DNA of 64,000 nt from the NCBI GenBank assembly GCA_963668315.1, contig OY764216.1, positions 672,001-736,000 on the forward strand. Reading direction: 5' to 3'. This document shows positions 19,111-28,071 of the stretch, piece after piece. Made by a program: the position numbers and the translations under genes. The notes under the pieces are model-generated. The model ran no database searches. It was not told where the DNA came from and was given only the letters and a program-made list of their open reading frames with translations. The DNA comes from Spirochaetia bacterium (lineage in GTDB: Bacteria; Spirochaetota; Spirochaetia; DSM-2461). How positions within the stretch are numbered: the stretch's first letter is position 1; every line of letters begins with the position of its first letter.

Positions 19111-19213
19111 TTAAAACCTACCTCTCTCCTCATAGCAGTCCAGCAGAATCGGTAAACAGGTTCGATGACGGTTTGAACGAAGGAGTTCAAACGCACGCTA
19201 GCCCTTATGAGGA
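19101..19213 (+). promoter_or_regulatory. Candidate translational attenuator (alternative anti-SD and anti-anti-SD pairings)
   Basis: TCCTCATA(19127-34) pairs with TATGAGGA(19206-13, contains the SD); competing AGGGGAG(19101-07) pairs with CTCTCCT(19124-30); internal 8-bp hairpin GTTTGAAC/GTTCAAAC. Confidence 0.5.
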
Positions 19214-19221
19214 AACAAACC

Positions 19222-19512
19222 ATGTCATATCTAAAAGCGGAAGAGTGTCTTCCCGTAGAATTGGTTAAAGAAATACAGAAATATATTCAGGGTTCCCAGA
19301 TCTATATTCCCAGAATCGAGCAGTCACGCCTTTCCTGGGGAGAGAAGAACGGAACGAGAGATAAGATACGCGCCAGGAACGAGGACATCCGTCAGCTCAA
19401 AAGAGAGGGATGGACGATAAACGGCCTGGCCGACGAATACAATCTATCACCGGACAGCATCAGGAAGATTCTCTACTGCAGCAAAGAGACCCGGGAACGC
19501 AAAGCCAGTTGA
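19222..19512 (+). CDS. CD3324-family (Mor-like HTH) protein
   Basis: MSYLKAEECLPVELVKEIQKYIQGSQIYIPR...WGEKNG...RNEDI...LADEYNLSPDSIRKILY; SD GAGGA. An alternative ATG lies at 19207. Confidence 0.85.
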   Translation: MSYLKAEECLPVELVKEIQKYIQGSQIYIPRIEQSRLSWGEKNGTRDKIRARNEDIRQLKREGWTINGLADEYNLSPDSIRKILYCSKETRERKAS

Positions 19513-19544
19513 GATGAGCCGGGTAATCCGGCTCTCTCCGGTGA

Positions 19545-19573
19545 TTGATAATCCCCCCTTCCCCCCGTATAAT
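19545..19573 (+). promoter_or_regulatory. sigma70 promoter, leaderless chorismate mutase
   Basis: TTGATA-17 nt-TATAAT-6 nt-ATG(19580). Confidence 0.7.
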
Positions 19574-19579
19574 GGTGTT

Positions 19580-19855
19580 ATGAAAAAACTTCTCGAACTC
19601 CGCGAATCCCTGGACAGAATTGACCAGAATCTCATAGAACTGATTGCCGAACGTTTCCGCATAACCGGGGAAGTCGGCCTTCTGAAGAAAAAGGAAAATC
19701 TGCCCTCCACCGATCCCGAAAGGGAATCAAGGCAGATGGAACGGATCTCTCAAATTGCCTCTGACGCGGGTCTGGACCCTGAAATCGCCCGGAAGATCCT
19801 ACGCCTTCTTATCGACGAAGCGGTCAGAAATCACGACAGGATCAAGAAATCCTAG
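19580..19855 (+). CDS. Stand-alone chorismate mutase (AroQ/CM_2)
   Basis: LRESLDRIDQNLIELIAERF...VGLLKK...DPERE. Confidence 0.88.
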   Translation: MKKLLELRESLDRIDQNLIELIAERFRITGEVGLLKKKENLPSTDPERESRQMERISQIASDAGLDPEIARKILRLLIDEAVRNHDRIKKS

Positions 19856-19989
19856 GCAAAATATTTCAACATTCCATTTGATTTTCTTCTCCCGATATGG
19901 TATTATGAAAAGATTTAGACTGGAAAAGCGATAATTATCGGTAGTGAGAGCTTTTCCCATTATAGAATAAAGTTTACCGAGGAGAAAAA

Positions 19990-21414
19990 GTGGTAAAAAA
20001 AGACTTCCCCCTTGTTCACTACTATGACCAGGATTTTGTTGATATATATGAGCGTTCCTGGGTGTGGCTGAGCGATTTCCTGAACAAGGGCACAGCAGCA
20101 AACGGATTCGGTCCTTTCTATTTCAAGTATCCCGAAGGAACGACTATTAATTTATTCGAGACCTACATGGCCTCCTTCTTTCTCGTCTATAACAGCCGGA
20201 ACTTTCCCGTCTCCAACATCTTAGACATCTTCTACATGAAACAGGAGGAGAATGGCGCCATACGTTGCGAATACGACGATGAGACAGGAAAACCGGTTAC
20301 ATCCGATGACAATCCCGAAGGGCTATGCCCTCCTCTCTTTGCCTGGGTTGAATACAACCTCTATCATAAGGTAGGAGCTAAAAAGCGCATCAAAGAGGTC
20401 ATGCCCAGACTGGAAAAGTATTACGAGTGGATCGAGGAGAACTGGAAGGATGAAGCTTCCGGCTTCTATAAGGTGCCCCTTTCCGCCACCATGATGGGAG
20501 ATTCTCCCCGAGGCGATAGCGTCTATTTCGTGGATTTCAACGCCCAGATGGCGGTCAACTCCCTTTATATGGCAGCTCTCGGCGACGTTCTGAATGACAA
20601 GGAACTAAGCTTTAAATATAAAAAGAAATATTTTTCCCTTAAAACCCGTATCTCCAGCAAAATGTGGGATAAGGACGACTGCTTCTATTATGACCTGGAC
20701 GAGAACCTCGAACCGGTTAAATTGAAGACCATCGCCGCCTACTGGCCCCTTCTGGCAGAGATCCCCAACGAAGAGAGAGCCGAAGCCATCATCGCTCACC
20801 TGAGAGATCCCGAACTCTTCGGCGGTCCCAACCCCTTTCCCACGGTGGCGATCAACGAACCCTGCTTCAAGGAAGAGGGAGACGGCTGCAACGGATCGGT
20901 CTATCCCGCCTTTACTTTTATGGTAATCAAGGCTCTGGAAAAATACGGCAAATACGAAATGTCCCGTGAAATGTCCATTAAGCATATTTATTCCATTCTG
21001 GACACCTTCCATCCGGTAAGCGGCAAAAAGGGAACCCTGTGGGAAGCCTACGCCCCTCTGACAGACGGACCGGCCAAGATCAACGGCGGGCTTGATGACA
21101 ACAGGAAACTCTATCTGGGATGCACCGGCCTTTCCACCATCGCTCTGATGATAGAGAATGTCATCGGCCTCTATATCAGTCTTCCCAGAAAAACGGTAGA
21201 CTGGATTGTTCCCACCCTCGAGGTCATGGGAATCGAAGATCTGAACCTGAAACGGAACAAAATTACCATTCTCAGCAACAAGAGCGGAAGAGGCTGGGAA
21301 ATCCGCCTTGAATCGGAAAAACTCTACTATTTTACCATCGATATTCTGGGGGAAAAGAAAAAAACCCTCCCCATTCCTTCGGGTAAATGTTCGATGCTTA
21401 TTGATAAGCTGTAA
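19990..21414 (+). CDS. Trehalase/GH63-like (alpha/alpha)6 glycoside hydrolase
   Basis: PPLFAW, MGDSPR, VDFNAQM, MWD..CFYYD, GSVYP, LWEAY; SD AGGAG with GTG start. Confidence 0.75.
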   Translation: MVKKDFPLVHYYDQDFVDIYERSWVWLSDFLNKGTAANGFGPFYFKYPEGTTINLFETYMASFFLVYNSRNFPVSNILDIFYMKQEENGAIRCEYDDETGKPVTSDDNPEGLCPPLFAWVEYNLYHKVGAKKRIKEVMPRLEKYYEWIEENWKDEASGFYKVPLSATMMGDSPRGDSVYFVDFNAQMAVNSLYMAALGDVLNDKELSFKYKKKYFSLKTRISSKMWDKDDCFYYDLDENLEPVKLKTIAAYWPLLAEIPNEERAEAIIAHLRDPELFGGPNPFPTVAINEPCFKEEGDGCNGSVYPAFTFMVIKALEKYGKYEMSREMSIKHIYSILDTFHPVSGKKGTLWEAYAPLTDGPAKINGGLDDNRKLYLGCTGLSTIALMIENVIGLYISLPRKTVDWIVPTLEVMGIEDLNLKRNKITILSNKSGRGWEIRLESEKLYYFTIDILGEKKKTLPIPSGKCSMLIDKL

Positions 21415-21427
21415 ATTATCCGGATAT

Positions 21428-21462
21428 AAAAAAAGGGGCTGTCATAGGACAGTCCCTTTTTT
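21428..21462. terminator. Bidirectional intrinsic terminator
   Basis: A7-GGGGCTGTC-ATAG-GACAGTCCC-T6 between convergent genes. Confidence 0.8.
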
Positions 21463-21524
21463 CTTTATGGCGGTAGTCCCCATGTTTTTAGGGACCCCCG
21501 TATTTTCAGTTGATTTCACTTCGC

Positions 21525-21953
21525 TTAAGCTTGGGGATAATCGAGACTGGCTGCAAACTGATAGGACCCTATGGTCATGACAGCCTTTTCCGTTCCGCCC
21601 CTGTGAAGTTTGGATTTAAGCTCAGCATTGATCAGATCAACAACGCCGTCTCTGTTTTCACTGATGATGGCCGTCAGCTGCTCTCTGATCTCCTGGTTTA
21701 CGGGAGGAGGCAGAAGAAATTCATTATCATCATCGTCTTCGATGACTTCATTCAGAAGGTAGCCTGACTCAATACCGTTCGATTCAAATACGGCAAGGAT
21801 ATCGGCGGAGGGAGTTACGGTGATCACCCGGACCGGTTCGTATGTAAGCTCGGTCTGGCTGAAGCTGACGTCTTCCTGTGTCTCGGCGGCGCCGTTGGCC
21901 CAAAGTCCTAATGCTGCTAAAGAAATAATAAGAAATAAAACTGTACGTTTCAT
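21525..21953 (-). CDS. Secreted hypothetical protein (LWANG signal motif)
   Basis: SD AGGAG before ATG 21953; MKRTVLFLIISLAALGLWANGAAET; acidic mature part. Confidence 0.7.
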   Translation of the reverse strand: MKRTVLFLIISLAALGLWANGAAETQEDVSFSQTELTYEPVRVITVTPSADILAVFESNGIESGYLLNEVIEDDDDNEFLLPPPVNQEIREQLTAIISENRDGVVDLINAELKSKLHRGGTEKAVMTIGSYQFAASLDYPQA

Positions 21954-22055
21954 ATAAACGCTCCTGTTCAATTGATTTCGACCCCTGACGGATCGTTGAA
22001 TCAAATATAACAAGAATGAAAACAGGTGAGGTTAACACCCGTATAACAGTAATAT

Positions 22056-22092
22056 AAAAGGAGGTTAAATCCTCTTTCAAGATTTAACCTCC
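22056..22092 (-). terminator. Intrinsic terminator after lysC
   Basis: 12-bp stem GGAGGTTAAATC/GATTTAACCTCC, then TTTT on the minus strand. Confidence 0.75.
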
Positions 22093-22100
22093 CCTTAACC

Positions 22101-23477
22101 TTAGCCGAGGAAAGTCTCGTGAATGGCGTTTAACGCGGTTTCTCTCTGTTCCTTTCTGATAACCAGAGAGATGTTTTTTTCCGTAGATCCCTGGGCGATG
22201 GCAAGAATATTAACCTTTTTATTCCCCAGGGCACTGAACAGACGGCCGGAAAGACCTACCTGTCCCTTCATATTGTCACCGATAACCGCAATCAGTTCCA
22301 GTTCCCGCTGAATCCCTATGCGCTGTATGCGCTGAGCCGCGATGACATCGGCCAGATCCTTTTCCAGCTTGGCCTTTGCTTTCTCCGCCTCCGACTGGCG
22401 GCAGACGATGCAGATGCTGTGTTCCGAAGATGCCTGGCTGATCATGATGACATTCACCTGAGCATCGGCCAGGGAGGTAAATATCCGGGAAGCCACGCCG
22501 GGCATCCCCACCATACCACCTCCAATAATATTCACCAGCGCCACCTTTTCAATAGACGCGATTCCCGTAATCGGCGTATCCCGCAGGGGCTTCTCCCCCG
22601 AAATGATTGTCCCCGGCGCATCGAGGTTCATGGTATTTTTGATGATGACGGGTATTTCTTTCTCCACAGTGGGTATCAATGTGGAAGGATGAATGACCTC
22701 GGCCCCGAAATAGGAGAGCTCCTGGGCCTCCTCAATGCTGAGCCTGTCAATTACCTGGGCGGAGGGAACCACCCGGGGATCGGCGGTCAGCACGCCGTCG
22801 ACATCCGTCCATATTTCGCAGCAGTCGGCTTCCACTCCGGCAGCGACGATGCTGGCCGTGTAATCACTTCCGTTTCTGCCCAGAGTGGTTGTATATCCCT
22901 GCTCACTGGAGGCGATAAACCCGGTGATGATTGCCATCCCGTCTAGATTTTCGGTTCTCTTCTTAATCAGTTTATATGTTTCTTGGAAATCCACCGAACC
23001 GCTTCCGAAGTTACTGTCGGTCCGTATGATTTCCCTTCCGTCAATAAATTCCGCCTTGCGGCCCAGATTGTTCATATAGGCGGTAACAACGGTACAGTTC
23101 AGCCTTTCGCCGAAGCTCATGATTAAATCCAGGGAACGGAGGGAACACTCTCTTATCAAGGCCACACCGTGAAGGATATCGTGGTACTCTTCAAGCATGG
23201 TGCTGATTTTTTCACCGGTCTCTTTCAGCAGATTTTCCTCGGTGACCAGGGCCGCCAGGGTATCGTTTGTCTTTTTTTCCACCTGCCGATAAAAATCGAG
23301 ATAGGAGGGATCCCCCTTTTCCGCCGCCAGGGCCGAATCGATGAGAGTGTTGGTAATCCCCTTCATAGCCGAAAGAACAATATATTTATTCTCCTCAGAG
23401 AGAAGAATTATCCGCACAACCGATTTAATCTTTTCGCTGTCCCCAACGGAACTGCCTCCGAATTTCAAGACTTTCAT
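22101..23477 (-). CDS. lysC: Aspartate kinase, monofunctional, two ACT domains
   Basis: MKVLKFGGSSV, TTLGRNGSDYTA, IWTDVDG, ELSYFGAEVIHP, SQASSEHSI, AIAQGSTE; SD GAGG. Confidence 0.9.
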   Translation of the reverse strand: MKVLKFGGSSVGDSEKIKSVVRIILLSEENKYIVLSAMKGITNTLIDSALAAEKGDPSYLDFYRQVEKKTNDTLAALVTEENLLKETGEKISTMLEEYHDILHGVALIRECSLRSLDLIMSFGERLNCTVVTAYMNNLGRKAEFIDGREIIRTDSNFGSGSVDFQETYKLIKKRTENLDGMAIITGFIASSEQGYTTTLGRNGSDYTASIVAAGVEADCCEIWTDVDGVLTADPRVVPSAQVIDRLSIEEAQELSYFGAEVIHPSTLIPTVEKEIPVIIKNTMNLDAPGTIISGEKPLRDTPITGIASIEKVALVNIIGGGMVGMPGVASRIFTSLADAQVNVIMISQASSEHSICIVCRQSEAEKAKAKLEKDLADVIAAQRIQRIGIQRELELIAVIGDNMKGQVGLSGRLFSALGNKKVNILAIAQGSTEKNISLVIRKEQRETALNAIHETFLG

Positions 23478-23617
23478 GATACCTCTTTTTACTCCTCCCT
23501 GACATAAAAAGAGAGAAGATTCCGGATAAAGATAACATAGGGCTGTATATTTATACAAGATGGAAAAAATCTTTACGGGGAAGTAAAATATTCCATAAAA
23601 GCGCCACACTTAACGCA

Positions 23618-23646
23618 TTGACAGTAAATATCAGCAAAGGTAAATT
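23618..23646 (+). promoter_or_regulatory. sigma70 promoter, leaderless murA
   Basis: TTGACA-17 nt-TAAATT-7 nt-ATG(23654); no SD. Confidence 0.7.
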
Positions 23647-23653
23647 TGAACCC

Positions 23654-24937
23654 ATGAGTTGTACTAACAGTTATGAAATAATCGGCCGCCGGCCCATCAA
23701 GGGCACAATACAAGCCAGCGGCAATAAAAACGCCGCCCTGCCCTGCATTGCGGCCACTCTGCTGACCGATGAACCGGTCATTCTCCGCAACCTGCCCGAG
23801 ATAGAAGATGTCCATGTCATGCTGGAAATTCTTACCCACCTTGGTAGCCAGGTTGAAAAACTTGAAAACCATTCATATAAGATCACAACCCTTAATATAA
23901 AAAGTTGTGAAATATCCCGGGAAGATTCGGCCAAAGTGAGAGCGTCCATTCTCTTTGCCGGCCCCCTGATGGGACGGCTTAAAGAAGTCATCCTGCCCCC
24001 TCCCGGCGGAGATGTTATCGGACGCCGCCGTCTGGATACCCATTTTCTTGCTCTGAACGCTCTTGGAGCTCAGGTTGAGACAAACGGCGTGTTCCATATA
24101 ATAGCCGATAAGCTGACCGGATCTGATATCTTTCTCGACGAAGCTTCCGTTACGGCCACAGAGAACGCCATCATGGCCGCCGCCCTGGCCGAAGGGGAAA
24201 CGATTCTCCGCAATGCCGCCAGCGAACCCCATGTTCAGGACCTTTGCCAGATGCTCAACAGTATGGGAGCGGAAATAACCGGGATCGGTTCGAATATCCT
24301 TTATATCAAGGGGAAAAAGAAACTTCACGGGGCGGAATTCTCCATCGGGGCGGATTTCATGGAAGTGGGCTCCTTTATCGGTCTGGCTGCTGCGACCGGA
24401 GGAGAGATCGAAATTCTCAAGGCTGATCCGCAGCACCTGAGAATGTGCCGGCTGTCCTTCGCCAAACTCGGAATCAGCTGGGAGGACGACGGCTCTACCG
24501 TATTTGTTCCGTCAAAGCAGAGAATGACGGTTGTTCCCGACATGGGAGGAATGATTCCCACCATCGACGATGCCCCGTGGCCCGGCTTTCCCGCCGATCT
24601 CACCAGCATCATGACGGTAGTGGCTACACAGGTACAGGGTACCGTGCTTATCCATGAAAAGATGTTTGAATCCCGCATGTTCTTTGTGGATAAACTCATC
24701 GGCATGGGAGCTGGAATAATCCTCTGTGATCCCCATAGAGCCGTTGTATCGGGCCCCTCCCATCTCACCGGGGATAACCTTGTTTCCCCCGATGTCAGGG
24801 CCGGCATGGCCATGGTTATCGCCGCTCTCTGTGCGGAAGGGAAAAGTGTTATCAACAACGTTTACCAGATTGAAAGGGGTTATGAAAATCTGGCGAAAAG
24901 ACTATCTGACTTGGGTGCAGAAATTACCAGATTGTAG
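23654..24937 (+). CDS. murA: UDP-N-acetylglucosamine 1-carboxyvinyltransferase
   Basis: [64 protein letters not shown]. Confidence 0.96.
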   Translation: MSCTNSYEIIGRRPIKGTIQASGNKNAALPCIAATLLTDEPVILRNLPEIEDVHVMLEILTHLGSQVEKLENHSYKITTLNIKSCEISREDSAKVRASILFAGPLMGRLKEVILPPPGGDVIGRRRLDTHFLALNALGAQVETNGVFHIIADKLTGSDIFLDEASVTATENAIMAAALAEGETILRNAASEPHVQDLCQMLNSMGAEITGIGSNILYIKGKKKLHGAEFSIGADFMEVGSFIGLAAATGGEIEILKADPQHLRMCRLSFAKLGISWEDDGSTVFVPSKQRMTVVPDMGGMIPTIDDAPWPGFPADLTSIMTVVATQVQGTVLIHEKMFESRMFFVDKLIGMGAGIILCDPHRAVVSGPSHLTGDNLVSPDVRAGMAMVIAALCAEGKSVINNVYQIERGYENLAKRLSDLGAEITRL

Positions 24938-24975
24938 AAATCTTCTAAACTCTTATTTTGTAAGAACTTTGAGAG

Positions 24976-25244
24976 TTATTCAGATAGTTTTCCACAGTTT
25001 TCCACAGTTATCCCAACTTTATCCACAAGTTATTCAGTAAAACACTTATGAGGCCTTTGTTCATTTTATTCAGCAAAGGCCTCACTAAATTCAGCTTTAT
25101 TTCATTATATAGAAAGCTTTTAAGCGATTGCCTGTAAGAATGATAACTAATATTAGGTTTTTTTTATGTTAATCGTTGGTTTTTGTAAGTATCGCCGGAA
25201 AGGGATTTATTCAGTTTTCCACAAGTTATCCACAGTTATCCCCA
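24976..25244 (+). promoter_or_regulatory. Two-part DnaA-box cluster (oriC-like or DnaA-titration locus)
   Basis: Perfect TTWTNCACA at 24988, 24998, 25019, 25215 and 25226; near-matches at 24976, 25008, 25030, 25207 and 25236; all co-oriented; AT-rich spacer at about 25085-25190. Confidence 0.75.
25049..25084. repeat. 11-bp inverted repeat inside the DnaA-box locus
   Basis: TGAGGCCTTTG-14 nt-CAAAGGCCTCA; may terminate murA and/or the convergent wHTH gene. Confidence 0.6.
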
Positions 25245-25698
25245 AGTAATACCCAATCATCCTTACTCCGTGAAAATCTATCCGGATCGGACTTCTCCCA
25301 GAGAGAAAATGGTTAAGCTTTGTCCTTAGGCGGCTCAGGGGAACTTTCACGGTATCCCCTCCGGCGATATGGCGAATTTCCCCATGGGAAAGAAACTTGT
25401 CCGGGCGGAGAAGAAACGTGAAGAGAAGGCATCTTTCCCTGTTCGACAGATTCAGGTTCTCGCCGCGGCATCGGAGGACATGGCCATCTACAACGGCAGA
25501 TCCGCCGGGAAGAACGAAATACTCCCGATTGAAATACCTGTGACACTCTCGGGTATCGGGAATACCGTACTCCTCTTCATTATAATAGAGGACCGGTATG
25601 GTACCTGTCCTGTAAGAACGGCTTTCTACCGTGTCAGGCAAAAGGCAAAGGGCGGGATAACGGGAAGGATCAGGCTTATACACAAACCGCCACTCCAT
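25207..25698 (-). CDS. OmpR/PhoB-type winged-helix protein without a recognisable receiver domain
   Basis: LNLSNRERCLL...FLSHGEI...TVKVPLSRLRTKL...VRMIGYYL. Start is uncertain: no SD, and the frame stays open upstream. Confidence 0.55.
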   Translation of the reverse strand: MEWRFVYKPDPSRYPALCLLPDTVESRSYRTGTIPVLYYNEEEYGIPDTRECHRYFNREYFVLPGGSAVVDGHVLRCRGENLNLSNRERCLLFTFLLRPDKFLSHGEIRHIAGGDTVKVPLSRLRTKLNHFLSGRSPIRIDFHGVRMIGYYLGITVDNLWKTE

Positions 25699-25752
25699 TC
25701 CAGGAGGAGGCTTCAGGGAACGAAACCTGTTTTCGCCTCCGATGACATCAAT

Positions 25753-25782
25753 AAAAAACCCGGGCTCCCACGAGCCCGGGTT
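25753..25782 (-). terminator. Intrinsic terminator after the STAS gene
   Basis: CCCGGGCTC-4 nt-GAGCCCGGG with a U6 tail on the minus strand. Confidence 0.8.
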
Positions 25783-25807
25783 CTTATCATCATAACTGGG
25801 AATAGAA

Positions 25808-26362
25808 CTAGCCCAGATAAACCTGACCGGAATTATCTATAGCCAGGATGGTCTTGCATTCACTGCAGCGGAAGCGCCCCGCCTTTGTGGCCTTCAGTTT
25901 CTTCGAACAGATCGGACAGCGGAAGATTTTAGGGAATACCGATTCGGAACGGCCGCCCCCTTCACTTGAAAAGAAGCCTACCGCTTCATCCAGATTATCT
26001 TTGATATTAAAAAACTGGGAAAAGCCGAGCAACTGAAAAACTTCATAGACCTTAGGCTGAATCTCAAGCAGAACCAGATCTCCGCCCTTGGGTTTTACGG
26101 CCTTAAGAAAATGTGTAAATGAACCGATGCCCGTACTGGATACATAATTCAGGCTACCGCAATTAAAAATCAGCTTGGTAAATCCTGTCTCTATGGCCTT
26201 ATTAACCCTCTTTTGAAAAAGGTTTGAATTATACGTATCAATATAGCCGGACAAATAGAGGACAAGACATCCTTTTACGCTGTCGATTTTTTGTAATCTA
26301 ATTTTTAAGCTATCATCTTTTTCGATGTCAAATCCAGGTATAATCTCATTATTGTTTGTCAT
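25808..26362 (-). CDS. STAS anti-sigma-factor antagonist with C-terminal Zn ribbon
   Basis: LSGYIDTYNS, LNYVSSTGIG (phospho-Ser), VFQLLGF; CPIC...CSEC; promoter TTGACA-17-TAAAAT at 26395-26423. Confidence 0.9.
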   Translation of the reverse strand: MTNNNEIIPGFDIEKDDSLKIRLQKIDSVKGCLVLYLSGYIDTYNSNLFQKRVNKAIETGFTKLIFNCGSLNYVSSTGIGSFTHFLKAVKPKGGDLVLLEIQPKVYEVFQLLGFSQFFNIKDNLDEAVGFFSSEGGGRSESVFPKIFRCPICSKKLKATKAGRFRCSECKTILAIDNSGQVYLG

Positions 26363-26476
26363 ATAACAACCTTGAATAGAATGTCTCTTTTGTTATTTTA
26401 TTAACTGCCTTTCCTTTTGTCAAACAGTTCTCACTTTTTTTTACTCTTTTTACATATAACCATATGAAAAAGGGGT

Positions 26477-27601
26477 TTAATTAAACAAGATATGTCTTGT
26501 TTCTATTTTTTCCTGTCCTTCGCATTCAATCAGCGCACGTTTGATTACGTTCTGCAATTCCCGTATGTTTCCGGGCCAATCATAATTAAGCAGCTTATCC
26601 AAAGCACCCTTTGTAAGGGAAACGTCCGCGCCGCCGCCGGTACAGAAGGAATCCGCCAGGAAGGGTACATCCTCCATCCTCTCCCGCAGGGGAGGAACAT
26701 GGATCATAAGGGTGTTTATCCGGTGGAAAAGGTCCGTCCTGAAATGACCCTCTTCCACGGATTTCCACAAATCTTCGTTTGTCGCCGATATTAAGCGAAA
26801 ATCAACATCTTTCTCTTCGGAAGAACCGAGAGGCCGTATCTTCTTCTCCTGCAGAACTCTCAGAAAAGCCATCTGGCTTTTCTGGCTGAGAAGGCCGATT
26901 TCATCCAGAAAAAAGACTCCTCCCCCGGCATGAATAAGCAGTCCTTCCCGGCTTTCCGCACCGGTATAGGCCCCCTTCTTCACACCAAAAAGATCGGAAG
27001 CAAGAAACTGGTCATCCGCATAGGAGGCCTGATAGGGAACGAAGGGGCGGCCTTCACCATGGCCGACTTCGTAGATAGCCCGGGCGACAAGTTCCTTACC
27101 CGTTCCATTTTCGCCCATGATCAGAACGGGAGAATCGCTATCGGCGGCATATTTGTCAATTTTCCGCCAGACAGCTTTCATCCCTTCGGAAATACCCAGC
27201 ATACCGTAATAGGATGCGCGTTCATCACCGGAATAGGTACCGGAACATCCCTCTTCCAATAAGCTTCGGCAGGATTCCAGCAGATCATTCAGCAGGGGCG
27301 GTCCCGAATATAATCCCGTCACGAGATAATGTTCCTCCAAGGCTCCCATCAGGGGGAAATCCTGAGGAGAAACAAGAAGAATCATGGGGAGGCGGGATTC
27401 TTTTTCCAGCGTATCAAGAAAGGCCCCTACCGCAGAAGAACCGGCCATGCCGTCGATCACCAGCAGATCGTAAGTGACCCGCTCATGTTTTTCCAGAAAA
27501 TCCCGCAGACTGAAACCGGATGCCAGGGTGACAGGACTCTTGTTGTCATTTTCCTCAAAGTAGAATCGATCACTATCCCCGAGAAAAAAAATCCGCTCCA
27601 T
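26477..27601 (-). CDS. sigma54-interacting AAA+ activator with degenerate receiver and no C-terminal HTH
   Basis: GENGTGKE, LFG..KGAYTGA, FFLDEIG, FRTDLFHRIN, WPGNIRELQN; protein ends about 20 aa later. Confidence 0.88.
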   Translation of the reverse strand: MERIFFLGDSDRFYFEENDNKSPVTLASGFSLRDFLEKHERVTYDLLVIDGMAGSSAVGAFLDTLEKESRLPMILLVSPQDFPLMGALEEHYLVTGLYSGPPLLNDLLESCRSLLEEGCSGTYSGDERASYYGMLGISEGMKAVWRKIDKYAADSDSPVLIMGENGTGKELVARAIYEVGHGEGRPFVPYQASYADDQFLASDLFGVKKGAYTGAESREGLLIHAGGGVFFLDEIGLLSQKSQMAFLRVLQEKKIRPLGSSEEKDVDFRLISATNEDLWKSVEEGHFRTDLFHRINTLMIHVPPLRERMEDVPFLADSFCTGGGADVSLTKGALDKLLNYDWPGNIRELQNVIKRALIECEGQEKIETRHILFN

Positions 27602-27609
27602 AACCGTCC

Positions 27610-28059
27610 TTAATTAATCAACAGAAAGAGGTACTCATTAATCTCATCCCAGTCCAATTGAAGTTTTTTTGTGATGAACTCGCCCAGCACTTTCCTGATG
27701 GGAAAAATCAGCAGAATGAAACCAATGAGAGTGCTGATGATTCCCGGATAGATCATATAGATTACAGCGGGGATGGAGCCGGCGTAGGCCAGATAGTAAT
27801 CCATGCAATTCTCTCCTTCGTCCTTTGCCTCCCTGATATTATCAATCAGAAGGGAAAAGGTTCGGAAGAGACCTACCTGTCCTACGGCCGTAAAAAAGAA
27901 GAAAACCGTAAAAGCCAGATAGGTTCCCATCAGTCTCATCAGGAAGACAAGAAAAAAGATGTCTCCCAGGAAAAGAAGCGACGCCAGGGTAAAAAAGAAA
28001 AGTATATTGAATATATTCTCTTTCTTAAAGAAATACAGAAAGAGCTGTATGTTAACCAT
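27610..28059 (-). CDS. FxsA-like membrane protein
   Basis: Hydrophobic; MIYPGIISTLIGFILLIFPIR resembles the FxsA PG motif. Confidence 0.6.
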   Translation of the reverse strand: MVNIQLFLYFFKKENIFNILFFFTLASLLFLGDIFFLVFLMRLMGTYLAFTVFFFFTAVGQVGLFRTFSLLIDNIREAKDEGENCMDYYLAYAGSIPAVIYMIYPGIISTLIGFILLIFPIRKVLGEFITKKLQLDWDEINEYLFLLIN

Positions 28060-28071
28060 AGACGGATTCTA

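Noticed and set aside
23478..23610. Lysine riboswitch or Thr/Lys leader peptide upstream of lysC
   Set aside because: Leader is short and AT-rich with no terminator; the only mini-ORF (MEYFTSP) has no SD and no regulatory codon run.
24976..25244. CRISPR array or simple tandem repeat
   Set aside because: Units are 9-mers matching the DnaA box with no spacers, and there are no cas genes.
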